Shown here: positions 1-10,333 of the stretch, piece after piece
How the letters are laid out: every line of letters begins with the position of its first letter
Numbering within the stretch: position 1 is the stretch's first letter
From: an uncultured Gemmatimonadales bacterium
GTDB lineage: Bacteria; Gemmatimonadota; Gemmatimonadetes; Gemmatimonadales; GWC2-71-9
NCBI GenBank assembly: GCA_963779755.1
Contig: CAVZZO010000001.1
Coordinates: 1,472,001-1,536,000 of the forward strand
Reading direction: 5' to 3'
Length of the DNA: 64,000 nt
Translations under genes and position numbers: made by a program
Notes under the pieces: generated by a model
Databases searched by the model: none
The model's input: only the letters and a program-made list of their open reading frames with translations
Told to the model about the DNA's origin: nothing

Positions 1-30
1 CAGGCGAGGCGGAGCCCCGGGTTCCCTTCC

Positions 31-58
31 GCTCACTGCTCACCGCTCACCGCTCACC
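31..58. repeat. Heptamer tandem repeat (GCTCAC[T/C])x4 directly downstream of the lepA stop
   Basis: gctcact-gctcacc-gctcacc-gctcacc read directly from the sequence. Confidence 0.85.
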
Positions 59-61
59 ATC

Positions 62-1861
62 CTATTCGACCTGCAGGACCGCGAGAAATGCCTCCTGCGG
101 GATTTCCACCGAGCCCACCTGCTTCATGCGCTTCTTTCCTTCCCGCTGCTTTTCCAGGAGCTTCCGTTTGCGGGTGACGTCGCCGCCGTAGCACTTGGCC
201 AGCACGTCCTTGCGCAGCGCGCTGATGGTTTCCCGCGCGATGATGCGGGAGCCGATCGCCGCCTGCACGTTGACCTGGAACAGCTGGCGCGGAATCAGCT
301 CTTTCAGCTTTTCCGCCACCTTGCGGCCCCATTCGTAGGCCTTGTCGCGATGGATGATCACACTGAAGGCGTCGATCTGCTCGCCGTTGATGAGCATGTC
401 GAGCTTGACCAGTTCGGAGGCGCGGTAGCCGGCCGTCTCGTAATCGAAGGAGGCGTAGCCGCGGGTCGCGCTCTTCAGCCGATCGTAGAAGTCGAGGACG
501 ATCTCACCCAGGGGGAAGTCCCAGTCGAATTCCACCCGGGTCTGATCCAGGTATTTCATGCCCAGGTAGATGCCCCGCCGCTCCTGCCCCAGCTTCATGA
601 TGGGACCGATGTAATCGGCGGGGGCCATGATGCGCGACTTCACATACGGCTCCTCGATCCGCTCGATGCCGGCGGGGTCGGGAAAGATCGTGGGGTTCTC
701 CACCACCAGGAGCGAGCCGTCGGTCTGGTAGACGTGATACTCCACCGTGGGCACGGTGGTGATCAGGTCGAGATCGAACTCGCGCTCCAGCCGTTCCTGG
801 ACGATCTCCATGTGCAGCAGGCCCAGAAAGCCGCAGCGGAACCCGAACCCCAGCGCGGTGGACGATTCCGGTTCGTAATGCAGGCTGGCATCATTCATCT
901 GCAGCCGCTCGAGGGCGTCGCGCAGGCCCTCGTACTGCTCCGAGTCGGTGGGGTACAGGCCGGCGAACACCATGCTCTTGACGTCGCGATAGCCCGGCAG
1001 CAGCTCGGCCGCCCGGTCGGCTGCGTCGAGTACGGTGTCTCCCACCCGGCAGTCGCGTACGCTGCGCAGGCTGGCCACCAGGTAGCCGACCTCGCCGGCC
1101 TCGAGCCGATCGGTGGGCCGCTGGCCCAGCTGGAGGTAGCCGACCTCGTCCACAGTGAAGACGTCGTCCGGATGGGAGCCGAACGCGATCTCCATGCCCG
1201 AGCGGATCACCCCATCCACCACGCGCACACTGGGGATGGCCCCGCGGTAGCGATCGAAGTAGTTGTCGAAGATGAGCGCCCGGAGCGGGCCGTCTTCCAC
1301 GCCCCGGGGGGGCGGCACCCGCCGGACGATGGCTTCGAGCAGCTCGGGGACGCCGGTGCCTTCCTTGGCCGACACCTGGAGAATCTCGTCGCGCCGGACA
1401 CCGATCAGGTTCATGATCTCCTCGGCGCGCTTCTCCGGCTCGGCCCCCGGCAGGTCGATCTTGTTGAGGACCGGGATGATCTCCAGCCCGGCGTCCACGG
1501 CGAGGAAGAGATTGCTCACCGTCTGTGCCTGGACACCCTGCGTGGCGTCGACCACGAGAATCGCCCCCTCGCAGGCGTTGAGCGAGCGGGAGACCTCGTA
1601 GGTGAAGTCCACATGCCCGGGGGTGTCGATCAGATTGAGCTCGTAGGTAACCCCGTCGGCCGAGGGATAGGCCATCCGGACGGCATTCAGCTTGATGGTG
1701 ATACCGCGCTCGCGCTCCAGATCCATGGTGTCCAGGAGCTGCTGGCGCATGAGCCGCTTCTCCACCGCACCGGTGGCCTCGATGAGCCGGTCGGCGAGGG
1801 TGGACTTGCCGTGATCTATATGGGCAACGATACAGAAGTTGCGAATTCGGGACTGAGACAT
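62..1861 (-). CDS. lepA: Elongation factor 4 (LepA)
   Basis: [52 protein letters not shown] and C-terminal [17 protein letters not shown]; start set at MSQSRIR (1861), not the ORF-track start at 1978. Confidence 0.98.
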   Translation of the reverse strand: MSQSRIRNFCIVAHIDHGKSTLADRLIEATGAVEKRLMRQQLLDTMDLERERGITIKLNAVRMAYPSADGVTYELNLIDTPGHVDFTYEVSRSLNACEGAILVVDATQGVQAQTVSNLFLAVDAGLEIIPVLNKIDLPGAEPEKRAEEIMNLIGVRRDEILQVSAKEGTGVPELLEAIVRRVPPPRGVEDGPLRALIFDNYFDRYRGAIPSVRVVDGVIRSGMEIAFGSHPDDVFTVDEVGYLQLGQRPTDRLEAGEVGYLVASLRSVRDCRVGDTVLDAADRAAELLPGYRDVKSMVFAGLYPTDSEQYEGLRDALERLQMNDASLHYEPESSTALGFGFRCGFLGLLHMEIVQERLEREFDLDLITTVPTVEYHVYQTDGSLLVVENPTIFPDPAGIERIEEPYVKSRIMAPADYIGPIMKLGQERRGIYLGMKYLDQTRVEFDWDFPLGEIVLDFYDRLKSATRGYASFDYETAGYRASELVKLDMLINGEQIDAFSVIIHRDKAYEWGRKVAEKLKELIPRQLFQVNVQAAIGSRIIARETISALRKDVLAKCYGGDVTRKRKLLEKQREGKKRMKQVGSVEIPQEAFLAVLQVE

Positions 1862-1881
1862 GGGGGGAATGTAGGTGGGAG

Positions 1882-1927
1882 GGCGGTAAGGGGGTAAGGC
1901 GGTAGCCGGGAGGGCGGGAAGGCGGGC
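1882..1927. repeat. Degenerate octamer tandem repeat (GGCGG[T/G]AA-like) upstream of lepA
   Basis: ggcggtaa-gggggtaa-ggcggtag-ccgggag-ggcgggaa-ggcggg. Confidence 0.6.
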
Positions 1928-2146
1928 AGTGTGGTAGAGGTGGCAGGGGCGTTGACACGGGAACCCGAACCTCGGCAATGACGCCCTGTGGACGAGTCGA
2001 AATCTGAAAACTCTGCCAGGAGGGGGCGCTTACGGTGTACCACATCACGAGGCAGTGGCCGCAGGAGGGAACCCGGGGCCTGATGTCCCAGGTGCGTCGC
2101 CCGGTGGTCTCAGCCGCCGTCAGCCTCCCCGAGGGGGCAGCCGCCT

Positions 2147-2491
2147 CTACCGGCCCTCCAGCTCCTCCAGCCGCCCCATTGCCCGGCGCAGGTGCGGGAT
2201 CACGATGCTGCCGCCGACCACCAGGCCTACACTGAACAGCTCGAGGAATTCCTCGCGGGTTACTCCCTCCTGATGGCAGCGCTGGATGTGGTAGGTGATA
2301 CAGTCGTCGCAGCGCAGGACGAGCGAGGCCACCAGCCCCAGCATCTCCTTGGTTTTCGTGCCCAGCGCTCCGGGCTCGTAGGCCCGGTGGTCCAGCGCGA
2401 AGAAGCGGTTGATGGTGAGGTTCCCGGCGCCCAGGATCACCTGGTTCATCCGGTCGCGGAAGGCGTCGAAATCCTGGAGAGATCCGCTCAT
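2147..2491 (-). CDS. Carboxymuconolactone decarboxylase / AhpD-like family protein
   Basis: 114 aa; GALGTKTKEMLGLVASLVLRCDDCITYH (CxxC...H) motif typical of the CMD/AhpD family. Confidence 0.85.
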   Translation of the reverse strand: MSGSLQDFDAFRDRMNQVILGAGNLTINRFFALDHRAYEPGALGTKTKEMLGLVASLVLRCDDCITYHIQRCHQEGVTREEFLELFSVGLVVGGSIVIPHLRRAMGRLEELEGR

Positions 2492-2596
2492 GGAGGCTCC
2501 TGGTAAGCCGTTCGGGTGGCGGCGCGAAAGGTAATAACGCAGAAGCCGCAGACCGATGTCCGGTCCGCGGCTTCTTCTGCGATGGGTTGGGGAGGG

Positions 2597-4066
2597 TCAG
2601 CGACTGTCGGGCTTCCGCCGGCGGAGGACCGGCTGGCTCGACTGCGGCTGCCGGGAGGGTTCCGCCCGCGCGGGCTCCGAGCGTTGCGGCTGAGACCTGC
2701 CGGGCTCCGCCCGTTGCGGCTGCTGGCGGCCGGGCTCCGAGCGCTGTGGAGGCTCGGCACGCCGGGGCTCGGAGCGCGGCGGCGTTTCGGCTCGGGACGG
2801 CGGCCGCTCCGTGGTCCGCCGCTGATCCGGCCGGCCCGGCTGCGAGGGCTCGCCCCGCCGGGGTTCCGCGCTTCGTGAATCGCTGCCATTGTCCATGGGG
2901 CGCAGGTCGCGGTTGGGCTCGACCGTCCGGCGGTCGCCGGACCGGGGCGGTGAGTTGTCGTTGGGGTCGACGCTGCGCCGATCGGCGGGCTGCCGGTCGG
3001 CCGGCTGCCGGTCGTTCCCCGGGTTGGGATCGACGGTGCGCCGCTCGCCCGGGGCGTCGGTGCGCCCGCGATCGACGTTGGGCTGGACCGACGGACGCTC
3101 ACCCGGTGTGGCGCGGCGGTCCTGCGGCTGCTGCGTGCCCTCGCGGCTGCCGGGGCTCTCCACCCGCCGCCGGCCCTCGACCGGAGCCGGAACGGCACCG
3201 CGCCCGCCCACGTCCGCGCTGGTCCGGTCGCGCTCGACGGTGCGGCGGTCGGTGACGATGGGCCGTTCGCGCACCCGAGTCACATAGTCGGACCGGCCGT
3301 CGTAATCCTTGAAGACGTAGCGCGGCGCGGCGCGGCGCGGCCGGGCAACCACCACCCGCCGCCCGGGGTAGTACCGGTAGGGGTAATAGTAGGAGTTATC
3401 GTAGATCACCAGCCGGAACCGGGAGCAGTGATAGCGGTACGGATCCCAGTAGCGGTAGCTCACGTAGGTATGGCAGTCGTAGCAGACAAAGCGCGGGTAG
3501 TCGTAGTGCTGCTCGACATAATAGGGGATGATGTCGTAATCGTAGGTGCCGCGCGCGGCGATGCGGGCGGCAAAATCCGTCGCGGTCACGTAGGGATCGC
3601 CCCGGACGCGGCCGTCGGCGATGGTGCGGTAGTCCCAGTGATCGCCCAGGACGTAGGAATCGAAGTCGAACGGATCGGGCGAGGCGATCGCGAAGACGTA
3701 GCCGACCCCGGGATAGTCGTCCACCACGAAGGCCCGGTCGCCGCGGTCCAGTACCTCGAAGGTGCGGCCGCCGCGCGCGAAGTTGTCTTCCCACGGTTCG
3801 CGCGGAAAGAGCACCCGGACCCGGCCATCGGTGTCGATCCGGACGACGGTGATGTAGCCGTCGGACTCGGGCCGGACATAGACCCGGACCCGGTTGCCCC
3901 GGTTGTAGGGGCTCTGGTCGTGATTGGTCCAGACGGTAATGCGGGGATCGGCGCTGGCATGCATCCAGGTCGAAATCCGGTCGAGGGCGCTGACCGGCAG
4001 CGGATGCGGCACCGCAGGAGCCGAGGCTCCCAGCGCGAAGGCGATACCGAGAATGGAAGTGAACAT
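2597..4066 (-). CDS. Secreted DUF4384-like domain protein with a CxxCH motif and a long disordered R/P/Q/E tail
   Basis: Signal-peptide-like N-terminus after a GGAGGGG RBS; YNRGNRVRVYVRPESDGYITVVRIDTDGRVRVLFP resembles DUF4384; contains CYDCH; low-complexity C-terminus. Confidence 0.7.
   Translation of the reverse strand: MFTSILGIAFALGASAPAVPHPLPVSALDRISTWMHASADPRITVWTNHDQSPYNRGNRVRVYVRPESDGYITVVRIDTDGRVRVLFPREPWEDNFARGGRTFEVLDRGDRAFVVDDYPGVGYVFAIASPDPFDFDSYVLGDHWDYRTIADGRVRGDPYVTATDFAARIAARGTYDYDIIPYYVEQHYDYPRFVCYDCHTYVSYRYWDPYRYHCSRFRLVIYDNSYYYPYRYYPGRRVVVARPRRAAPRYVFKDYDGRSDYVTRVRERPIVTDRRTVERDRTSADVGGRGAVPAPVEGRRRVESPGSREGTQQPQDRRATPGERPSVQPNVDRGRTDAPGERRTVDPNPGNDRQPADRQPADRRSVDPNDNSPPRSGDRRTVEPNRDLRPMDNGSDSRSAEPRRGEPSQPGRPDQRRTTERPPSRAETPPRSEPRRAEPPQRSEPGRQQPQRAEPGRSQPQRSEPARAEPSRQPQSSQPVLRRRKPDSR
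2671..2760. repeat. Three intragenic 30-bp tandem repeats (QPQR[S/A]EPGR-type units)
   Basis: Units starting cgggctccg at 2671, 2701 and 2731. Confidence 0.75.
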
Positions 4067-4226
4067 GTCCCCTCCGGGTGGCCACAAAGGAACTCGACAC
4101 CATGGAAAGCAGAGCTTGTGCCATCAGGCTGGACGCCACCAAATAGCTGAACGGCAATGGGTTAGGTCATTCCTCCTGAGGGGTGATGCCGGCCGGCTTG
4201 TCCGCCTCGGGGGACATGCCCGCGCG

Positions 4227-4256
4227 TTGACTTCCGCCCCGTAACTCGGATACGTT
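4227..4256 (+). promoter_or_regulatory. Sigma70-type promoter for the DUF58-BatA-mfd operon
   Basis: TTGACT-N18-TACGTT, 9 nt upstream of ATG 4266. Confidence 0.5.
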
Positions 4257-4265
4257 GCCCCGCGC

Positions 4266-5192
4266 ATGAACCGGCCCGGTGTTTCCCTCGCTTCCGCCCG
4301 TATCGACCTGCTGGATCCCTTCGAGGTCTCCCGCCTGGGCGGTCTGGAACTCATTTCCCAGGGCGTCGTCGAGGGCTTTCTGACCGGTCTGCACCGGTCT
4401 CCCCGCCGCGGTTTTTCGGTGGAATTCGCCGAGCACCGCATGTACCAGCCGGGTGACGAGTTGCGGTACGTAGACTGGAAGATCCTGGGCCGCAACGACC
4501 GGCTGTATGTGAAGCAGTTCGAGGAAGAAACCAACCTGCGGGCGATGATCGTCTGCGACGCGAGCCGGTCGATGGCCTGGTCGGGAGCGCCCGAGCGGGT
4601 GCTCACCAAGCTGGCCTACGCCCAGCGCCTTTCCGCCGCGCTCGCACTGATCCTCCTGCGCCAGCGGGATGCCACCGGGCTGATCACCTTCGACGAAGAA
4701 GTCCGCGCGGTGGTGCCGGCCCGCGCCCGCATGAGTCACTGGCATACGCTGCTGCGGGTGCTGAGCTCGACCGAGCCGGGCCGGGGCACCGCGGCTGAGC
4801 CCGCCCTGCGCCGGGTGGTGGCGCGGCTGCGCCGCCGGGGCCTGGTGATCTTCGTGTCCGATCTGCTGCTGGAGCGCGATCCGGCGCTTCTGGCGCTGCA
4901 GTTCCTCCGCCACCGCGGGCACCAGGTGATGGTTTTTCACCTGATGGATCCGGCGGAGGTGACGCTCGAAGGGCCAGCCGAGGCGCGCTTCGAGGACCCG
5001 GAGACGCGGGCGCATGTGGTGCTGCGTCCCCGCGATTGGGCAGATGTGTACCGCCAGACGGTCGAGGGGGTCATCTCGGACTGGCATCGGTCCTGCCGTC
5101 GCCACGGCATTCAGTACGTCCGGGTCACCACTGATACTCCGTTCGGGCTGGTCCTGCGCCGGGCGCTCTCGCGGCCCGCCGGTTTCGCGTGA
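4266..5192 (+). CDS. DUF58 / vWA-like protein (MoxR-associated)
   Basis: GLHRSPRRGFSVEFAEHRMYQPGDELRYVDWK, VKQFEEETNL, DASRSM, SDL motifs. Confidence 0.92.
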   Translation: MNRPGVSLASARIDLLDPFEVSRLGGLELISQGVVEGFLTGLHRSPRRGFSVEFAEHRMYQPGDELRYVDWKILGRNDRLYVKQFEEETNLRAMIVCDASRSMAWSGAPERVLTKLAYAQRLSAALALILLRQRDATGLITFDEEVRAVVPARARMSHWHTLLRVLSSTEPGRGTAAEPALRRVVARLRRRGLVIFVSDLLLERDPALLALQFLRHRGHQVMVFHLMDPAEVTLEGPAEARFEDPETRAHVVLRPRDWADVYRQTVEGVISDWHRSCRRHGIQYVRVTTDTPFGLVLRRALSRPAGFA

Positions 5193-6969
5193 TCAGCTTT
5201 CTCCACCCCTGGCTACTGGCGGGCCTGGCGGCGGCCGCCCTCCCCGTGCTGCTCCACCTGGTGCACCGGCGGCAGCCGCCGACGGTCGAGTTCCCGGCCG
5301 TGCGCTATCTGATCGATACCACCCGGGAGCACCAGCGCCGCCTCAAGCTGCGCAACCTCCTGCTGCTGCTCCTGCGCACCGCGCTCATTCTTGCCCTGGT
5401 GCTGGCCGCGGCCGGCCCCAGCGCGCCCATCCGGGGCGCGCCCGCGCACGCGCCGGCGGCGCTGGCGCTCATCGTGGACAACAGCCTGAGCAGCGGGGCG
5501 GTGGTTCAGGGCGCCACCCGGCTGGATCAGCTTCGCCGCGCCGCGCGGGGAGTGCTGGACCGGGCGGGGGGGACGATGCGCTCTGGCTGGTCCTGGCCGA
5601 CGGGAGCCCCCGGCGGGGCAGCGCCGCGGAGCTGCGCACGCTGATCGACTCGCTCCGGCCCGACGCCCGGCGGCTGGACCTGGGCGCCGCGCTGGCGGTA
5701 GCGCAGGGCGTGCTTGCCGGCCAGCCTCTCCCGGGGGAGATCGTCCTGCTCACCGACCTCCAGGCCAGCGCCGTGAGTCCCGCCGCGGTGCAGGTTCCCC
5801 TGCTGGTAGGCCGCCCCGAGGACCAGCCCGGGCCCAACCTCGGCCTCGCCGGGATCGATCCGGGGCCGCAGCCCTGGACGCCGGAGGGGGGACGGGTCCT
5901 GGTCCAGGCGGCCGGCGATTCCGTGTCCGCGCCGGTCACCGTGCGCCTGGACGACCGGCCCGGCCGGCAGGCACTGCTGCAACCGGCCGTTCCGGCGACG
6001 GTGTCATTACGTGGGAGCGCTCCGGGCTGGCAAGTGATCCACGCCGAGCTGGACCCGGACGAGTTGCTGGCCGACGACCGGCGCGATGCGGTGGTGCGGG
6101 TTGCCCCGGTGGCGCGGGTTACCTGGGACAGCGCCGACCGGTACGTCTCGGCCGCCCTGCAGGTGCTGGTGGCCAACGGGCGGCTGGACCGGGGGGGCCA
6201 ACTCAGCATGGGAGCTCTGGGGCCCGGCCCGTCGGTGGTGGAGCCGCCGGCGGATCCTGCCGAGGTGGGCGCGCTCAACCGCTCGCTGCAACAGCGGGGC
6301 GTGGCCTGGCATTTCGGCACCCGGCGCGATGTGGCCGCCACGGTCGACAGCGGGGGGCTGGCGGCGGGCGTGCGGGTCCTGCGGCGCTACCAGCTGGAAC
6401 CGACCGGCTCCGGCCGCACCGGGGTGGTGGCCACGGCGGGCGGCGCCCCCTGGATCGTGCGATCGGGAGGTGTGGTGCTGCTGGGCAGCCGGGTGGATCC
6501 GGACTGGACCTCGCTTCCGCTCACGGCCGCGTTCGTTCCCTTCATGGATGCCTTGCTCAACCGGGTGGCCCGGGGCGAAGTCGTCCTGGCCAACGGATCG
6601 CCCGGGGCGCCCATTACGCTGCCGGACCAGGTAACCGAACTGCGGCAGAACGATCGTCACTGGAGCTTCGAGGGCGGCTCCGATTTCCATCCTCCCGATG
6701 CCGGGGTGTATTTCCTGCTGGCCGGCGCGGATACCGTGGGCGCCTTGTCGGTGAATGCCGATCCCCGGGAATCGCTGCTGGCGCGGGCACCGGATCGCCA
6801 GGTGCGCGCGCTCTGGCGCGGCGCGCGGGTGCTGGCGCCGGAGGCGGCAGCGGCCCGGTCGTTTACGCAGGGTCTGCGGGCCGATCTCCGGGGCCCGCTG
6901 CTCTGGACGGTGCTGGTGCTCGCGCTGGCCGAGGTGGTCTTTGCCAGCCTGTGGCGGAGGCCGGCGTGA
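5189..6969 (+). pseudogene. BatA-domain / vWA membrane protein split by a frameshift in a G7 run (5566-5572); may be a sequencing error
   Basis: The 5189 frame gives the BatA N-terminus (FLHPWLL...LPVLLHL...LLLLLRTALILALVLAAAGP) and DNSLS; the rest (DDALWLV...LLTDLQ...C-terminal TM) is in the 5014 frame; one extra G joins them. Confidence 0.8.
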
Positions 6970-9900
6970 GTCTGCCGCAGGTGGTGGAAGCGTTCGGGCG
7001 GGCACCCGGGGCGGGGGCGTTGCGGGAGCGATTGCCCGGCCGGGGGACCGCGCTGCCGGTCGGCGGACTGCCCGGGTCGAGCGGGGCGGTGCTGGCGGCA
7101 TGGCTGGCGCGACAGCTGCCACAGCGGCTGGTGGTCATTGTGGCGCCTACTCCCTCCGACGCGGAGCGCTGGCTCAGCGACCTGCAGGCCCTCACCGACG
7201 AGCCGGCCGGACTCTACCCGCAGCGGGAATCGCTGGGCGAGGAAGAGCCGCACCTGGAGATCGCGGGTGAACGGGTAGAAAATCTCGCGTCGCTGCTGCA
7301 GGGCCGTCTGCGGCTGCTGGTCACCACGGCGCGTGCCACCGCCGAGCGGACGGCGGTGCCGGCCACACTGGAGCGGCTGCGGCTCGACCTGCGCCCGGGG
7401 ACGCTGCACCCGCTACGCGAGGTCGTCGCGACGCTCGACACCATGGGCTATCAGCGGGTCCCCACGGTGACCGAAGTGGCCCAGTACAGTGTGCGCGGCG
7501 GTATCGTGGATGTCTACGGGTTCGGCATGGCGCAGCCGGCGCGCTGCGAGTATTGGGGCGACGACCTGCATTCGCTCCGCTCCTTCGACCTGACCACCCA
7601 GCGCTCGGGTGAGCCGCTGGACGCCGCCACGGTACTGCCGGTCCGCACCATCCAGCCGGCGGAAGCGCCGCCGGGCGGTGCGACGGTCCGCCGCACGCTG
7701 CTCGATCTGCTGCCGGCCGACACGCTGCTGGTCGAGGAGTCGGCCGGCCCGGTGGCCGACGAGGTGCTGCGGGCCTGGCGGGAAGCGGAGCATCATCTCG
7801 CGGTGGCGCGCCGGCTCGGCGAGGAGGTGCCCGACCGCACCGCGCTCTTCGTCGCGCCGGAGGACTGGTCGGTCCTGCGGGAGAGCTTCGGGCGGCTGGT
7901 GTTGAACCAGGAGGGCGGGGTGCAGCTCGGGTTCTTCCCTCCCGAGCCGGTGAACCGCGACCTCAACCGCCTGCGGGCGGTGCTGGCCGGCGAGCTGGCC
8001 ACCCTGGTGCTGTGCGACAACGAAGGACAGCTGGAACGCCTGGAGGAGTTGCTGAGCGAGGGGCGGCCCGGGTTCGGCGGCGGGTTGCAGGCGACGGCGG
8101 CCACGCTGGCGGTGGGGTCGCTCGACGGCGGCTTCGTGATGCCGACCCTGCGGGTGCTTACCGACCACGAAATCTTCCGGCGGGCGCGGCGGCTGCGCCG
8201 GCCCCGGCGCTACCGCGAGGCGGCGCCCTCGGCGGCCACCGGGACACTCAGTGTGGGCGACTACGTGGTGCACCTGGACCACGGGATCGGCATCTACCGG
8301 GGCATCGGCACCGTCAGTGTCGGCGGCGGCACGCTGGACGTCGCGGTGGTGGAATACGAGGGCGGCGACCGCCTGAACGTCCCGCTCTACCGGCTGGACC
8401 AGCTGGAGAAGTATCGCGCGTCGGGCGAGGACGGCGACCGGCCGCCGCCCCGCCTGCACAAGCTGGGGGGCTCCAGCTGGCAGCGGGTGCGGGAGCGCAC
8501 CCGGGAGGCCATCAAGGTGATGGCGGCCGAGCTGCTGGACCTCTATGCGCGGCGCACGGTTGCGGCGGGCTACGGGTTCCCGCCGGACACCCGCTGGCAG
8601 CGGGAGCTGGAATCCAGCTTCCTCTACGAGGACACGCCCGATCAGGTGCGGGCCACCGCCGAGGTCAAGGCCGACATGGAACGGCCGCGGCCGATGGACC
8701 GCCTGCTGGTGGGCGACGTCGGCTACGGCAAGACGGAAATCGCGGTGCGCGCGGCCTTCAAGGCGGTCCAGGGCGGGCGGCAGGTGGCGGTGCTGGTGCC
8801 CACCACCATTCTCGCCGAGCAGCACGGCCGCACTTTCCATGAGCGGCTGGCCGATTTCCCGGTGCAGGTGGAGGTGCTCTCGCGCTTCCGGACCGGCAAG
8901 GAACAGAAGCAGGCGCTGGCGCGCCTGGCGGACGGCCGGACGGATATCATCATCGGGACGCACCGGCTCCTGTCGAAGGATGTGCTGTTCAAGGATCTGG
9001 GGTTGCTCATCGTGGATGAGGAACACCGCTTCGGGGTGCGGCACAAGGAACGGCTCAAGGAGCTCAAGCTGACGGTGGACGTGCTCACCCTGACGGCGAC
9101 TCCCATTCCCCGTACCCTGCATCTCAGCCTCGCGGGTCTCCGCGACCTGACGCTGATCGAGACGCCGCCGCGCGATCGTTCGCCGGTGCTGACCTTCGTG
9201 GAGCCCTGGGATGACGGGCTGCTGGAGGAAGCCTTTGCCCGGGAGCTGGACCGTGGCGGCCAGGTGTTCGTGGTGCACAACCGGATCGAGACCATCGGCA
9301 CCATCACCGAGCGGGTGCGCACGCTGGCGCCCCGGGCCCGGGTGGGCATGGCGCACGGGCAGATGCCGGCCGACGCGCTGGACCGGGTCATGCGGGCGTT
9401 CGTGGCGGGCGAGGTGGACATCCTGGTCTCGACCATGATCGTGGAGTCGGGGCTGGATGTTCCCAATGCGAACACCATGGTCGTGCACGATGCGCACCGG
9501 TTCGGGCTGGCGCAGCTGTACCAGCTGCGGGGGCGGGTGGGGCGCAGCCACCGGCGGGCGTACTGCTATCTGCTGGTGCCGGACCAGATCGCCCTCGATG
9601 CGGAAGACCGGCTCAAGGTGCTGGAGCATCATACCGATCTGGGCGCCGGTTACCGGATCGCGCTGAAGGACCTGGAGCTGCGGGGTGCCGGCAATCTGCT
9701 GGGCGCCGAGCAGTCGGGGCACGCGCACGCGGTGGGGTTCGACCTGTATCTCCGCTGGCTGGAAGAGACCGTCCAGGCGCTGCGGGGCGGGGGCGCGGTG
9801 GAGGCGCCGGCGCCCCCCGAGGTAGTGCTGGACCGGCCCGCCAATCTGCCCGATGCCTGGGTGCCGGACGACGAGGCCAAGCTGGACCTGTACCGGCGAC

Positions 9901-10322
9901 TGGCGCGGGCGGGGTCATCGGGCGAAATTCAGGAGTTGCGTACGGAAATGCGTGAGCGGTTCGGGCCCCTTCCCGCGGAAGCAGAAACCCTGCTCAACAT
10001 GGCGCGGCTCCGGGTCCTGGGGGCGCGGCTCGGCCTCCAGCACGTGCTGGTTCGTGGGGACGAGGCGCGGCTCACCTTCCGGCAGGGGGCGGTGCCGCGG
10101 CTGGCCGGGCTGACGCAGGCGATGGACGATGTGCAGCTGGCGGCGGAAGTCCGCCGGGCAGTGCCCTTGTCGCTCCGGCTCCTGCGGCTGGGCGGCGAGG
10201 CGATCATTCCCGCCCTGGTGCGGGCGCTGTCGCGCGCGCTGCAGGAGGATGCTCCGGCCGGGCGGTCCGCGGCGAATGCCGGGCCCCGGCCGGGGGGAAC
10301 GAATGGCAGGACGGAAACCTGA
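6966..10322 (+). CDS. mfd: Transcription-repair coupling factor Mfd
   Basis: GDYVVHLDHGIG (RID/CarD-like), GDVGYGKTE, DEEHRFG, TATPIPRTL, QLRGRVGR and TRCF C-terminus; GTG start overlaps the upstream TGA. Confidence 0.97.
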   Translation: MSLPQVVEAFGRAPGAGALRERLPGRGTALPVGGLPGSSGAVLAAWLARQLPQRLVVIVAPTPSDAERWLSDLQALTDEPAGLYPQRESLGEEEPHLEIAGERVENLASLLQGRLRLLVTTARATAERTAVPATLERLRLDLRPGTLHPLREVVATLDTMGYQRVPTVTEVAQYSVRGGIVDVYGFGMAQPARCEYWGDDLHSLRSFDLTTQRSGEPLDAATVLPVRTIQPAEAPPGGATVRRTLLDLLPADTLLVEESAGPVADEVLRAWREAEHHLAVARRLGEEVPDRTALFVAPEDWSVLRESFGRLVLNQEGGVQLGFFPPEPVNRDLNRLRAVLAGELATLVLCDNEGQLERLEELLSEGRPGFGGGLQATAATLAVGSLDGGFVMPTLRVLTDHEIFRRARRLRRPRRYREAAPSAATGTLSVGDYVVHLDHGIGIYRGIGTVSVGGGTLDVAVVEYEGGDRLNVPLYRLDQLEKYRASGEDGDRPPPRLHKLGGSSWQRVRERTREAIKVMAAELLDLYARRTVAAGYGFPPDTRWQRELESSFLYEDTPDQVRATAEVKADMERPRPMDRLLVGDVGYGKTEIAVRAAFKAVQGGRQVAVLVPTTILAEQHGRTFHERLADFPVQVEVLSRFRTGKEQKQALARLADGRTDIIIGTHRLLSKDVLFKDLGLLIVDEEHRFGVRHKERLKELKLTVDVLTLTATPIPRTLHLSLAGLRDLTLIETPPRDRSPVLTFVEPWDDGLLEEAFARELDRGGQVFVVHNRIETIGTITERVRTLAPRARVGMAHGQMPADALDRVMRAFVAGEVDILVSTMIVESGLDVPNANTMVVHDAHRFGLAQLYQLRGRVGRSHRRAYCYLLVPDQIALDAEDRLKVLEHHTDLGAGYRIALKDLELRGAGNLLGAEQSGHAHAVGFDLYLRWLEETVQALRGGGAVEAPAPPEVVLDRPANLPDAWVPDDEAKLDLYRRLARAGSSGEIQELRTEMRERFGPLPAEAETLLNMARLRVLGARLGLQHVLVRGDEARLTFRQGAVPRLAGLTQAMDDVQLAAEVRRAVPLSLRLLRLGGEAIIPALVRALSRALQEDAPAGRSAANAGPRPGGTNGRTET

Positions 10323-10333
10323 GAGGAGTGTAC

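Noticed and set aside
14..2079. 14-bp inverted match (gccccgggttccct at 14-27, reverse complement at 2066-2079) flanking lepA
   Set aside because: Matches of this length are expected by chance in a GC-rich 64-kb window, and lepA is a core gene.
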